A stretch of DNA of 52,093 nt, taken from assembly GCA_038245295.1 (NCBI GenBank), contig JBBRSP010000037.1, positions 1-52,093 of the forward strand. The letters run 5' to 3'. Numbering within the stretch: the first letter of the stretch is position 1; each line of letters opens with the position of its first letter. Shown here in pieces: positions 17,547-28,200 of the stretch. The notes below the pieces were generated by a model. That model saw only the letters and a program-made list of their open reading frames with translations, was not told the DNA's origin and ran no database searches. Position numbers and translations under genes: made by a program. Source of the DNA: Candidatus Binatia bacterium (GTDB lineage: Bacteria; Desulfobacterota; Binatia; HRBIN30).

Positions 17547-20500
17547 TCACTTGCAACGTAGGACGCTCAGCAACCCGTTAAACGAGCACTGCGGCAGCGG
17601 TAGCGGCCCCGGAAACTCTACTTCGCCACATTGCCCGGAAGCGGACTGCGGTGCGTCGAGCACGATGGTCATTCGCAAGCCCGTGTCCACGCCACTAAAG
17701 TCGGCGGCCTTGCCTGTCACCTGGAACTTCACCAAGCCCGGCGTTTTGGTCGAGCGGCTCACAACAACCCGGCGAATGCCCTGCAGACCGACTGGATTGT
17801 TGTAAACCCAGCGGGTTGCCACGCCGTTCACCTTCCAACCGATGCGCGACACGATGTCGTAGGCCCCACCGGGAATCATGATGTCGGCAGCGGTCGCCGT
17901 GGCAGTACGCAGCAAGAATCGGACTCCATTCGTCAGAGGATCGAGGGCCGGAGAGAAGGGAAACGACATCGCCATCTCACCCTTGGCAGCCAACGCATCG
18001 TCGCCTGGAACCGTATTGAGGCGCTTCACTGTCACACGCGCTTTGCCGATCGGCGCCGGCCCGGTGCAGTCGTCGCAGGCGTCACCCATCGCATCGCCAT
18101 CGGCATCGGCCTGCGAGGCATTGGCATTCGTCGGGCAATTGTCCAAGCCATCGCAAACGGTGTCCCCGTCGCTGTCGGGAAGCCCACTGTCAGCGGGGCA
18201 CGCGCCACTGTTTCCAGTACACGATTCGGCAAGGTCACAAGGACTCGACGAGGCTCGACATAGGACGCCGGTGGGGATGAAGTGATCGGGCGGACACGCG
18301 ATCGATGTGCCGCTGCATGTTTCGGCAATGTCGCACAGACCGGCAACCGGCCGGCATAGGGTGCCACCCGGCTGGCGAGCGTCTCCCGGACAGCCAGGAT
18401 TGAGACCGTCACAAGACTCCGGCGCATCACAAACGTCGGCGGAGCCGCGGCAAACGACGGTCGTCGGGGCAAGGGCATTGGCCGGGCATGTGTTGGAGAC
18501 GCCATCACACAACTCGGCGACATCGCAGACGCCCGCTGACGCTCGGCACGGCGCGGTGCTCTTCAGGTCGGTGGGGCAAGCGGCACTCGACCCGTTGCAT
18601 ACTTCGGCCACATCGCAGACGCCCGCCACACCGCGGCACACGACACCGCTGGGGGTCAGGGTGTCGGCTGGGCAACTGTCGGAGGTCCCCGTGCAGTGCT
18701 CCGCCTGGTCACACGAATCGCTCGAACCTCGGCACACAGTTATTGACGGAGCCTTGTTGTCGGTCGGACATGCCGCACTCGAACCCGTACAGTTTTCGGC
18801 AACGTCGCAGATGCCGACCGCGGCACGACATTGATTCGTATTGTTCAGGAATTGGTCACTCGGACAGGCGGCAGAGATACCGTTGCAAAATTCGGCCGTG
18901 TCGCAGCCCCCCGCCGTCGCACGGCAGATGGCTCCGCCATTGCCAGCAGGATGCTGACAAACGCTACTCGATCCGTCGCACTGGTCGAGCGTGCAGACAT
19001 TCATGTCGTCAATACACGCTGTTCCGGAGGGCCGCTTGGTGTCGACCGGACAGGTAGAGCTGGCGCCTGTGCACACCTCGGCGAGATCACATTCGCCGCC
19101 GGCCGCCCGGCACGTCGCTCCGGCATTCCCCGCCGGATGTTGGCAAGTGTTGCTCACGCCGTCGCAGCGATCGAGCGTGCAGGCGTTGCCATCGTCGGAA
19201 CACGCGGTCCCAGAGCCGCGCTTCCCATCGGCCGGGCACGTCGACGACACACCCGTGCACGCCTCACTCACATCGCACTCGGCAACGGCAGCACGACACA
19301 CCGTGCCGGCATTGCCAAAGGGATGCTGACACGCCGTGGAAACTCCGTTGCAGCGATCAGCAGTACACGGGTTGCCGTCGTCAGTGCACATCGTCCCACT
19401 GGGGCTGAGTCCATTCGTCGGGCACGTTGGGCTGTTCCCCGTGCAGGTTTCGGCGGCATCGCATTCACCGACGGCGGCGCGGCAGACAGTCGCCGCGGAT
19501 TCGAAGTGACAGCTGTTCGAGCAACAATCGCCGTTGACGGCGTTGCCGTCGTCGCATTGTTCGCCGGCATTGACGATGCCATCGCCGCACTTCGCCCAGC
19601 CCAGGTCGCGCAAGACATCGATGGTCAGCCCAAGGGAATGGTCCGGCCCGTAATAACTCGGCTGCATCACCTGGCTCGGCACCAGCGAATCGCTGAAGTG
19701 CGACACCGAGGCGCCGGGCTGCACCGGATTCGGGGCGTACATTTCGATATGCCCGCTCGGAATGGCGCGCCCGCTCGTCAAGACGCCGCTTCCCCCAACC
19801 GCATCGGCACCGACCCAATGCAGGTTGCCGGTGTTGCGGCTGGCATTGAGGCGCTGCGTATCGTTCATTGCCGTAGTCAACAGTCCGGTAGAGTGATCCT
19901 CGAGGCTGACCATGAAGGCGTCATCGGTGTTCGACAATCGCACGCCGGTCGTTTCGTCGTAGAATGCGGCGAAGCCGAGGCCGTGACCAATCTCGTGCAA
20001 GGCAATCGTCACCAGGTCGATGCCGTTGCCCGGCGGCGCGGCATCGAGACCGTAGTACCAGGATACCGGTAGCGCGCAGCCCGTTCCGATAACGCTATTA
20101 AACGTGACGTCGATATCGGGAGCCGACACATTGAGGTCGAACCCAGCTAGCTTGTTGGCGAGAGCGCCGGCGTACCAGGTATTGGGGCGCGGCGCGTTTA
20201 CGAAATTGCTGTGGAGGGTTGCCGAGCCGCCGATTCCCAACGTTGCGGAGGTGGCGTTGCATGTCTGCGGATCGAAATTGGCGCCGATACGAATCTCAAC
20301 CGTGCTGTCGAGCGATTGAGCCCAGAGCGCCGCTGCGGCCTGCAGCGCGATCAGGCGTTGCTGACCACGTGTCGTCCCGGTGTTGCCGCCGACCGGCACC
20401 GCGGCTGTCGTATCGTTGAGGCCCTCTCCGGGGCCATCGAGATTCACAACAGTGATTGTCGTCGCGGCACAGGGTAATGAAACCAACGAGAACACACTCA

Positions 20501-20570
20501 CCATGAGGAGCGTGAGTGCCACGAGTCTGATCCGACCCGGCGTGCGACGATGTACTCGACCTGATCCCAA
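17547..20570 (-). CDS. Secreted Zn-metalloprotease with disintegrin-like and other Cys-rich repeats
   Basis: Signal peptide, HEIGHGLG, Myxococcus-type CGDGIVNAGEQCDDGN repeat, 11 x CRxxxxxCDxxExCxGxxxxCP, TSP3-like DSDGDTVCDGLDNCP, C-terminal domain. Confidence 0.85.
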   Translation of the reverse strand: MGSGRVHRRTPGRIRLVALTLLMVSVFSLVSLPCAATTITVVNLDGPGEGLNDTTAAVPVGGNTGTTRGQQRLIALQAAAALWAQSLDSTVEIRIGANFDPQTCNATSATLGIGGSATLHSNFVNAPRPNTWYAGALANKLAGFDLNVSAPDIDVTFNSVIGTGCALPVSWYYGLDAAPPGNGIDLVTIALHEIGHGLGFAAFYDETTGVRLSNTDDAFMVSLEDHSTGLLTTAMNDTQRLNASRNTGNLHWVGADAVGGSGVLTSGRAIPSGHIEMYAPNPVQPGASVSHFSDSLVPSQVMQPSYYGPDHSLGLTIDVLRDLGWAKCGDGIVNAGEQCDDGNAVNGDCCSNSCHFESAATVCRAAVGECDAAETCTGNSPTCPTNGLSPSGTMCTDDGNPCTADRCNGVSTACQHPFGNAGTVCRAAVAECDVSEACTGVSSTCPADGKRGSGTACSDDGNACTLDRCDGVSNTCQHPAGNAGATCRAAGGECDLAEVCTGASSTCPVDTKRPSGTACIDDMNVCTLDQCDGSSSVCQHPAGNGGAICRATAGGCDTAEFCNGISAACPSDQFLNNTNQCRAAVGICDVAENCTGSSAACPTDNKAPSITVCRGSSDSCDQAEHCTGTSDSCPADTLTPSGVVCRGVAGVCDVAEVCNGSSAACPTDLKSTAPCRASAGVCDVAELCDGVSNTCPANALAPTTVVCRGSADVCDAPESCDGLNPGCPGDARQPGGTLCRPVAGLCDIAETCSGTSIACPPDHFIPTGVLCRASSSPCDLAESCTGNSGACPADSGLPDSDGDTVCDGLDNCPTNANASQADADGDAMGDACDDCTGPAPIGKARVTVKRLNTVPGDDALAAKGEMAMSFPFSPALDPLTNGVRFLLRTATATAADIMIPGGAYDIVSRIGWKVNGVATRWVYNNPVGLQGIRRVVVSRSTKTPGLVKFQVTGKAADFSGVDTGLRMTIVLDAPQSASGQCGEVEFPGPLPLPQCSFNGLLSVLRCK

Positions 20571-20736
20571 ACGATGCCCTTCCCGCCAACCGCAGGAACA
20601 CGGTCCAAGAATCGTTCCACGTCAGGGTTGTGGAGGGGCGCTGTGCGACATTCCCGCAAAGACCCGCGGAAGCGTCATCACGCTGCGTTGGAAGGCGAAA
20701 GATTGTCGCCCCAACGCAGCGGATATCGAGTTTGAC

Positions 20737-21972
20737 CTAACGCTTCTTTTGCAGCAATTCGCCCAATGTCCCGAGCGAACGACGCGAGTTCGCCTGCGTC
20801 ATGCCAGCCTGCTCTTCGACGCGCTCGATCCCCTGTTCGACGTCGCGTGCTTGCTTGGCCTGTTCGACCAACGACAGGCTGATGCGACGCTGCTGTGGAT
20901 CGACACTCAAGATCGTCGCATCCACTTCCTGGCCAATCGTCAGGACTTGGCGCGCATGCGCGACGCGGCGATCCAAGACCAGCTTGGAGATGTGGGCGAG
21001 TCCTTCCAATCCAGGAGCGATCTCGATGAACGCACCGAATCCTTCCAGACGGCGAACCGTGCCGTGGACGACGCTGCCGACAACGAATTGATCGGCAACC
21101 GAGCTCCACGGATCGGCGGCGAGAGCTTTCAACGACAGGGCAATCGTCCGGCGTTTGCCCTCAATTGGATCATCGACGCGCAGGATCTGCACCTGCACCT
21201 GCTGGCCGGGTTGAACGACGTCGGAAGGATGCTTGACGCGGCCGTATCCGAGCTCACTCACGTGAACCAGGCCTTCTACCCCACCGAGGTCGACAAACGC
21301 TCCAAAGTCACGCAGTCCGGTAACGGTTCCGGTAATCACCGCCCCGGGCTTGATGGCCTCCCAGGTAAGGGCAGCCTGGACCGCGCGCTCCTCGGCAAGC
21401 AGGTCACGCCGCGAGACGACAACATTACGACCACCGCCCTCGACCTTGGTGACGCGAAACTGGAAGCGTTTACCCAAATAATCGGAAGCGGGGCCAAGCT
21501 CACCGGGTCGCTTCAAGTCGATCTGCGAACGCGGACAGAAGGCGCGCGCCGAACCGATCTGCACATCGAAGCCGCCCTTGTTCTCGCCACTGACGAGACC
21601 TTCGACCGGCATCTGCGTTGCCATGGCCTGCTCGAGCTCCGAAGAACCCTGGCTGCCACGCCCCATCGTTCTTCGCAGAACGATTGATCCCGACTTTCGC
21701 CCGTCGTCGACCACCGTAGCCTCGACGAGATCGTCGATGGCGGCACGGAGCTCGCCGCTTGCTGAATCGCGAAATTGGTCAAGATCCATGATCGCTTCGC
21801 CCTTGCTACCAACGGCAATGAAAGCGCTGTTCTGACCGATTGCGATGATCTTGCCTTGAACGACGTCGCCGACCGCCAATTCCTTGCGGCGGCGATCCTT
21901 CGATTCACTTGCCGCAAATAATGCGGCGAAGTCTTCTTGTACGTCTGCTGTGTCTCGCTGATTGTCCGACAT
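20737..21972 (-). CDS. S1 RNA-binding domain protein (short ribosomal protein S1 paralog, 4 S1 domains)
   Basis: NKGGFDV..AFCPRSQID, DFGAFVDLGGVEGLVHVSEL, FGAFIEIAPGLEGLAHISKL, C-terminal SLGTLGELL; start ATG 21972. Confidence 0.88.
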   Translation of the reverse strand: MSDNQRDTADVQEDFAALFAASESKDRRRKELAVGDVVQGKIIAIGQNSAFIAVGSKGEAIMDLDQFRDSASGELRAAIDDLVEATVVDDGRKSGSIVLRRTMGRGSQGSSELEQAMATQMPVEGLVSGENKGGFDVQIGSARAFCPRSQIDLKRPGELGPASDYLGKRFQFRVTKVEGGGRNVVVSRRDLLAEERAVQAALTWEAIKPGAVITGTVTGLRDFGAFVDLGGVEGLVHVSELGYGRVKHPSDVVQPGQQVQVQILRVDDPIEGKRRTIALSLKALAADPWSSVADQFVVGSVVHGTVRRLEGFGAFIEIAPGLEGLAHISKLVLDRRVAHARQVLTIGQEVDATILSVDPQQRRISLSLVEQAKQARDVEQGIERVEEQAGMTQANSRRSLGTLGELLQKKR

Positions 21973-22086
21973 AAAACCCCTGATTGCGTCGAGTCGGCGG
22001 ACTATAGCCGCTCTGCCGCAATTCGCTACTGCCCGCTTTCTCAAATTTCTTGGCGTGCTTGAGATCGCTCTCGCAATGGTGTTGGA

Positions 22087-23622
22087 GTGCTTCCAATGCC
22101 CCGTCAAGCGGTCGCCTGGGTGTGGGTCGCGGCGATTGTCGCCGTAAAACTTGCCTTGCACATCGGCACCTCGTTGCACGAGGGATACTTCCGCGATGAG
22201 TTCTATTACGTCGCCTGCGCCAATCATCCGGCGCTAGGATACGTTGACCATCCACCCCTCTCGATCGCCCTGCTGTGGTTCCTACGCCTCGGATTCGGTG
22301 ATTCCCGGATGGCGATGCGGATCGTCGCGGCACTCTGCGGTGGCGGCTCGATCCTATTCGGCGCTGTTCTCACGGCGCTTTTGGGAGGTAGCCGACGTGC
22401 CCAGATCCTCGCTATGACCTGCCTCCTGATCTGTCCCATCCTGCTCGGCGTCAACAGTTTCTACTCGATGAACAGCATCGAGATCCTGCTGTGGGCTGCC
22501 GCGGCGTGCGTCGCGGCGATGGTGCTGCGACAATCATCGATTCCTGGCTGGCTGACCCTCGGATTACTCATCGGACTCGGACTGCTCAACAAGCTCAGCA
22601 TGTCGTGGTTTGCCGGCGGGCTGTTCGCCGGGCTTCTGTTCACGCGCCAACGCCGGTTACTTGCCACAAGCGGCCCCTGGCTTGCCACCCTCCTGGCGGC
22701 CCTCGTGTTTGCTCCGCACATCCTCTGGCAGGTTGCGAACAACGCCCCGACCTTGGAATTCATGCGCAACGCAGCGGCGTTCAAGATGCAACCTGTTCCG
22801 CCGCTCGCCTTCATCTTGAACCAGCTCCTCGTCGTTGGCCCCATGACGGCGCCGGTTTGGTTGATGGGCCTGATCTTTTACTTTGCCTCGCCGTCCGCTG
22901 CAGCCTTTCGTCCGCTTGGCTGGATCTACGTCGCCGTCCTTCTCCTCCTCATCGCAAGCGGATCGAGCCGCGCCAACTATCTGGCACCGGCTTACGTGGT
23001 ACTGTTTGCCGGCGGCGCCGTCGCCATCGAGCAACAAAGCGCGCGGCGACACCACCCGGCCTTCACCACGGGGATGAGCCTGGCGATCCTGTTGCTCGGT
23101 TTGATCACCTTGCCGTTGGCGCTGCAGGTGTTGCCGCCGACAGCCTTCGTCACCTACTCCTCCGCCCTCGGTATGGCGCCACGTGGCGAGGAACGTGACG
23201 CCCAAGGGGTATTACCGCAGCACTTTTCTGATCGCTACGGATGGCCGGAGTTGGTGGCCGGGATCGCCGAAGTTTTTCACAGCTTACCGGCCGCCGAACA
23301 GCAGGAAGCCGCCATCTTCACCGGCAACTACGGTCAAGCCGGCGCGATAGAGGTTCTGGGGCGGGAGTATGGCCTGCCTCAGCCGCTCAGCGGGCACAAC
23401 AACTACTGGCTTTGGGGGCCGGGGACCAATTCGGGCCGCGTGGTCATTGTCGTAGGCATCCCAGGCGAAGCGCTGCTCGAACGTTTCGACAGCGTCGAGC
23501 AGGTCGGCGTGACGAGTTGCGAGTGGTGTCGTCCGATCGAGAACAACCGCCCGATCTTCGTCTGCCGCGGTCCCAAGCAGTCCTTGCTCCAGATGTGGCC
23601 ACACTTGAAAGTGTTCCGCTGA
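22087..23622 (+). CDS. Glycosyltransferase family 39 / ArnT-PMT-like membrane protein
   Basis: GYFRDEFYY, GYVDHPPL, multiple TM helices, SGHNNYWLWGP. Confidence 0.85.
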   Translation: MLPMPRQAVAWVWVAAIVAVKLALHIGTSLHEGYFRDEFYYVACANHPALGYVDHPPLSIALLWFLRLGFGDSRMAMRIVAALCGGGSILFGAVLTALLGGSRRAQILAMTCLLICPILLGVNSFYSMNSIEILLWAAAACVAAMVLRQSSIPGWLTLGLLIGLGLLNKLSMSWFAGGLFAGLLFTRQRRLLATSGPWLATLLAALVFAPHILWQVANNAPTLEFMRNAAAFKMQPVPPLAFILNQLLVVGPMTAPVWLMGLIFYFASPSAAAFRPLGWIYVAVLLLLIASGSSRANYLAPAYVVLFAGGAVAIEQQSARRHHPAFTTGMSLAILLLGLITLPLALQVLPPTAFVTYSSALGMAPRGEERDAQGVLPQHFSDRYGWPELVAGIAEVFHSLPAAEQQEAAIFTGNYGQAGAIEVLGREYGLPQPLSGHNNYWLWGPGTNSGRVVIVVGIPGEALLERFDSVEQVGVTSCEWCRPIENNRPIFVCRGPKQSLLQMWPHLKVFR

Positions 23623-23638
23623 GAGGATCAGTCCATCG

Positions 23639-25081
23639 TTAGAACGGATCGGGGCTGGCCGGCAGATCCGTGTGACCCATGAGGAAGGCGTCGACGCCAC
23701 GAGCGCATTCGCGGCCTTCCCAAATTGCCCAGACCACCAGGGACTGGCCGCGGCGCATGTCGCCGCAAGCAAATACGCCGGGCACGTTGGTCATCCACTG
23801 CGCATCGACAGCGACGTTGCCGCGCTCACTGAGCGAGACGCCGTCGACGCCATACTTCTCCGGGCCGACGAAACCGAGAGCCAGCAGGACGAGATCGACG
23901 TCGAGCTCGAACTCGCTGCCAGCAACCTCTTTCATCACCATGCGGCCGCCATCGTTCACCCACTCGAGGCGCACGCCGTGTAGTTTCTTGACGTTACCGT
24001 CTTGATCGCCGCTGAAGCTCTTGGTGTTGATGCTCCAGTCGCGCTGCACACCTTCCTCCTGGGACGACGAGGTGCGCAGGATCATCGGCCAGTAGGGCCA
24101 TGCCGCAACGCCATTGCCGCGCTTCGCAGGTGGCTGGGGCAACAACTCGAACTGCTGCACTGACTTGGCGGCGTGGCGGTTCGACGTTCCGACGCAGTCG
24201 GAGCCGGTATCACCACCGCCGAGCACCAAAACATTCTTGCCCTTGGCGCTGATCTGCCCCGGAACCTGATCGCCGGCCACCACCCGATTCTGCTGGGGCA
24301 GGAACTCCATCGCAAAATGGATCCCCTTGAGATCGCGTCCCGGCACCGGCAGATCGCGGGGCGCTGTCGCTCCGCCAGAGAGGACGACCGCATCAAAGTC
24401 TTTGCGCAACTGCTCAACCGTCACATCGACGCCGATGTTGGTGTTCGGGCGGAACGCCACGCCCTCAGCCCTCATCTGTTCCATGCGCTTGTCGATGTAG
24501 TGCTTCTCCATCTTGAAATCGGGGATGCCGTAGCGCAGCAGGCCACCGATTCGATCGGCGCGCTCGAACACGGTTAGCGCATGGCCGGCCCGCGCCAACT
24601 GTTGCGCCGCCGCAAGTCCAGCCGGGCCAGAGCCGACGACGGCAACCTTCTTACCGGTTTTCTCCGGAGCGATCTGCGGTTCAATCCAACCCTCTTTGTA
24701 CGCGTGGTCGATGATCTGCTTTTCGATCTGCTTGATGGTTACCGGATCGTTGTTGATGTTGAGAACACAGGCTTCCTCACACGGCGCCGGGCAGATGCGG
24801 CCGGTGAAGTCCGGGAAGTTGTTCGTCGAGTGCAACCGATCGATCGCCTCGCGCCAACGACCGCGATAAATCAGATCGTTCCAGTCGGGAATGATGTTCC
24901 CGAGCGGGCAACCCTTGTGACAGAACGGGATGCCGCAATCCATGCAGCGCGCCGCCTGCGTCTGCAACTGCTCGTCGGTGAGTTTGCCCTCGAGCTCGCG
25001 ATAATCGCGCACGCGATCATCGACCGGCCGGCGCGCCGGCAGTTCACGTTCGTGCTCTAGAAAACCTGTGATCTTTCCCAT
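23639..25081 (-). CDS. gltD: Glutamate synthase small (beta) subunit
   Basis: [52 protein letters not shown]. Confidence 0.97.
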   Translation of the reverse strand: MGKITGFLEHERELPARRPVDDRVRDYRELEGKLTDEQLQTQAARCMDCGIPFCHKGCPLGNIIPDWNDLIYRGRWREAIDRLHSTNNFPDFTGRICPAPCEEACVLNINNDPVTIKQIEKQIIDHAYKEGWIEPQIAPEKTGKKVAVVGSGPAGLAAAQQLARAGHALTVFERADRIGGLLRYGIPDFKMEKHYIDKRMEQMRAEGVAFRPNTNIGVDVTVEQLRKDFDAVVLSGGATAPRDLPVPGRDLKGIHFAMEFLPQQNRVVAGDQVPGQISAKGKNVLVLGGGDTGSDCVGTSNRHAAKSVQQFELLPQPPAKRGNGVAAWPYWPMILRTSSSQEEGVQRDWSINTKSFSGDQDGNVKKLHGVRLEWVNDGGRMVMKEVAGSEFELDVDLVLLALGFVGPEKYGVDGVSLSERGNVAVDAQWMTNVPGVFACGDMRRGQSLVVWAIWEGRECARGVDAFLMGHTDLPASPDPF

Positions 25082-25100
25082 GTCGATTCTCGCAGGCGAA

Positions 25101-25177
25101 GGCGACTAGCGGTTACGCGGTTACGCGGTTGGCGATCAGGATCCCCCCGAACCGCGTAACCGCTAGCCGCCAACCGC
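25101..25177. repeat. Octamer-periodic (GCGGTTAC) palindrome between gltB and gltD
   Basis: 17-bp perfect IR CTAGCGGTTACGCGGTT (25106-25122) / AACCGCGTAACCGCTAG (25150-25166). Confidence 0.7.
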
Positions 25178-25210
25178 TTGCCCTGAGCCGTCCCCCGCTC
25201 CCTTTCTTCT

Positions 25211-28200
25211 TCAGACGCCAGCCATCTGCGCGGCGTCGCTATCGAGATGCGCCTTGGCGAGCACCTGTCGGTACTCGACCGGCATGATCTTTACGAACTG
25301 GCCGACGTGGTCCTTCCAGCCGGACAGGACACGCCACGCGACCGCACTCTTGGTGTAGTCGTAGTGGCGCCGGATGAGGTCGTGCACCTGGGCCACATCC
25401 CTGTCATCCAACGGATCGAGCTCGATCATGCCCATGTTGCAGCGTGTCTTGAAGTCACCGTCGGAGTCGTAGACGAAGGCCACACCGCCGCTCATGCCCG
25501 CAGCGAAGTTACGACCCGTCTTGCCCAGGACGACAACCAGACCGCGCGTCATGTACTCACAGCCATGATCGCCGACACCTTCGACCACGGCGGTCACGCC
25601 GCTATTGCGAACGCAGAAGCGTTCGCCGGCCTGACCGCGCAGAAACACCTCACCGCCGGTGGCGCCATAGAGCGACACGTTGCCGACGATGATGTTGTCC
25701 TCCGCCGCGAACGTCGCCGTCTTCGGCGGGTAGACGATGATTCGCCCACCCGACATGCCCTTGCCGAAGTAGTCGTTCGCGTCGCCTTCGAGCTCGACCG
25801 CAATGCCATTGGCCATGAAGGCTCCGAAACTCTGGCCGGCGGAACCACTGAACTTGATACGGATGGTTTCCGGCGGCAGACCTTCAGCCCCGTAGCGCCG
25901 CGAGATCTCAGCCGACAGCATCGTACCGACGGTGCGATTGACATTACGGATCGGCAAATCGATCTCGACCCGCTTGCGCTCTTCCAGGGCCGGCCGTGCA
26001 AGCTCGATCAATTTGTTATCGAGCGCCTTATCCAGCCCGTGATCTTGATCCTGCACGCAGTGGATCGCCACCGAGGCCGGGACGTCCGGCTTGTGGAGGA
26101 TCTGGCTCAGGTCGACGCCGGCCGCCTTCCAATGATCGATCGCCTCACTGGCATCGAGCATTTCGACATGACCGACCATGTCTTCGACCTTACGGAAGCC
26201 GAGCTCGGCCATGATCTCACGCAGTTCCTCGGCAATGAACATCATGAGGTTGACGACATGTTCCGGCGTGCCGGCAAACTTCTTGCGCAGTACCGGATCC
26301 TGTGTTGCGATGCCGACCGGACAGGTATTGAGGTGGCAGACCCGCAGCATGATGCATCCAGATGCCACCAGCGCGGCGCTCGCGAAGCCATACTCCTCGG
26401 CACCGAGCAGCACCGCGACGGCGACATCGCGGCCGGTCTTTAACTGGCCGTCGGTTTCGACACGGATGCGGCCACGCAGATCGTTCATCACCAGAACCTG
26501 CTGCGTCTCGGCGAGACCGAGCTCCCACGGTAATCCGGCGTGTTTGATCGACGTCAACGGCGAAGCGCCGGTGCCACCGGAATCGCCGCTGATGAGGACG
26601 ACGTCGGCTTTGCCTTTCGCCACACCGGCGGCGACCGTGCCGACACCGACTTCAGCAACGAGCTTGACGCTGATGCGTGCCTTGTCGTTCGAGTTCTTCA
26701 GATCGTGGATGAGCTGTGACAAATCCTCGATCGAATAGATGTCGTGGTGCGGCGGCGGCGAAATCAGGCCGACACCCGGCGTCGAGTAGCGGATGCTGGC
26801 GATGTACTTGTCGACCTTGTGGCCGGGGAGTTGTCCGCCTTCACCGGGCTTGGCGCCCTGCGCCATCTTGATCTGCAGCTCGTCGGCGTTCACCAGGTAG
26901 TAACTGGTGACGCCGAAACGTCCCGACGCCACCTGCTTGATGGCACTGCGCCGCGAATCGCCGTTCGGATCCAGCTTGTAACGCACGGAATCCTCGCCGC
27001 CTTCGCCGGTATTCGACTTGCCGCCGATACGGTTCATGGCGATGGCGAGGTTCTCGTGCGCCTCGCGGCTGATCGAGCCGAGCGACATGGCGCCGGTCTT
27101 GAACCGCTTGACGATTTCGCTGGCCGGCTCGACTTCCTCGATCGGAATCGACACGCCCTGTTTGAACTTCAGCAATCCACGGATCGTCGCCAGCTTGGTG
27201 TTGTGATTGTTCACCAGCCGCGAGTACTCCTTGAACATCTTATAATTGCCGGCCCGCACCGAGTGTTGCAGCTTGGCGACCGTGTCCGGGTTGTACATGT
27301 GGTACTCGCCACGCCGGCGCCATTGATACTGACCACCCGGATCGAGCTCACCATCGAGAGACGGCGAAACTTCGTGCGCCAGATGATGGCGCAGCGCCGT
27401 TTCCTTGGCGATCACATCGATTCCGACACCTTCGATGCGCGACGCGGTCCACGTGAAGTACTTCTCGATGACCTCCGTGTTGAGACCAATCGCCTCGAAG
27501 ATCTGCGCGCCGCGATAACTCTGGATGGTCGAGATACCCATCTTGGTCATGACCTTCAGGACGCCTTTGTTGGCCGCCTTCAGGTAATGCTCGATCGCTT
27601 CGCCTTCGCTAACGCCCTTGAGTCGACCATCGCGGACCATGTCGATGATGGTCTCACTCGCCAGGTACGGATTGATCGCACCGGCGCCATATCCGCTGAG
27701 CAAGCAGAAATGGTGCACCTCACGCGGCTCGCCCGACTCGATCACCAGGCCACACCGCGTGCGTGTGCCTTGGCGAATCAAATGATGGTGGACGGCCGCC
27801 GTCGCCAAGAGGCTAGGAATCGGCGCCCACTCTTCGTCATGCTCACGATCCGACAGGACAACGATCGCGTACCCGTGCTCGATTGCCTCCGAGGCTTGCG
27901 CGCAGAGCGCCTCCAGGGCGTGTGCCAAACCGTCGCCGCCGGCGGCGACGCGATACAGCGCACGCAGCGTCGTCGAGCGCAGATTGCCGGCGGAAAGGTT
28001 CTTGATCTTCTGCAGCTCGGTGCTGCTGATGATCGGATTTTCCAACTCGAGCTGATGACAGTGCTGCGGTGTCTCGTCGAACAGATTTTCCTCGGCACCC
28101 AGCGTCGCCTTCAGCGACATCACCAACTCTTCGCGGATCGGATCGATGGGCGGATTGGTCACCTGCGCGAACAACTGCTGGAAGTAGTCGAACAACAGGC

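Noticed and set aside
18190..19490. Periodic DNA similarity suggesting an array
   Set aside because: Explained by the in-frame Cys-rich protein repeats
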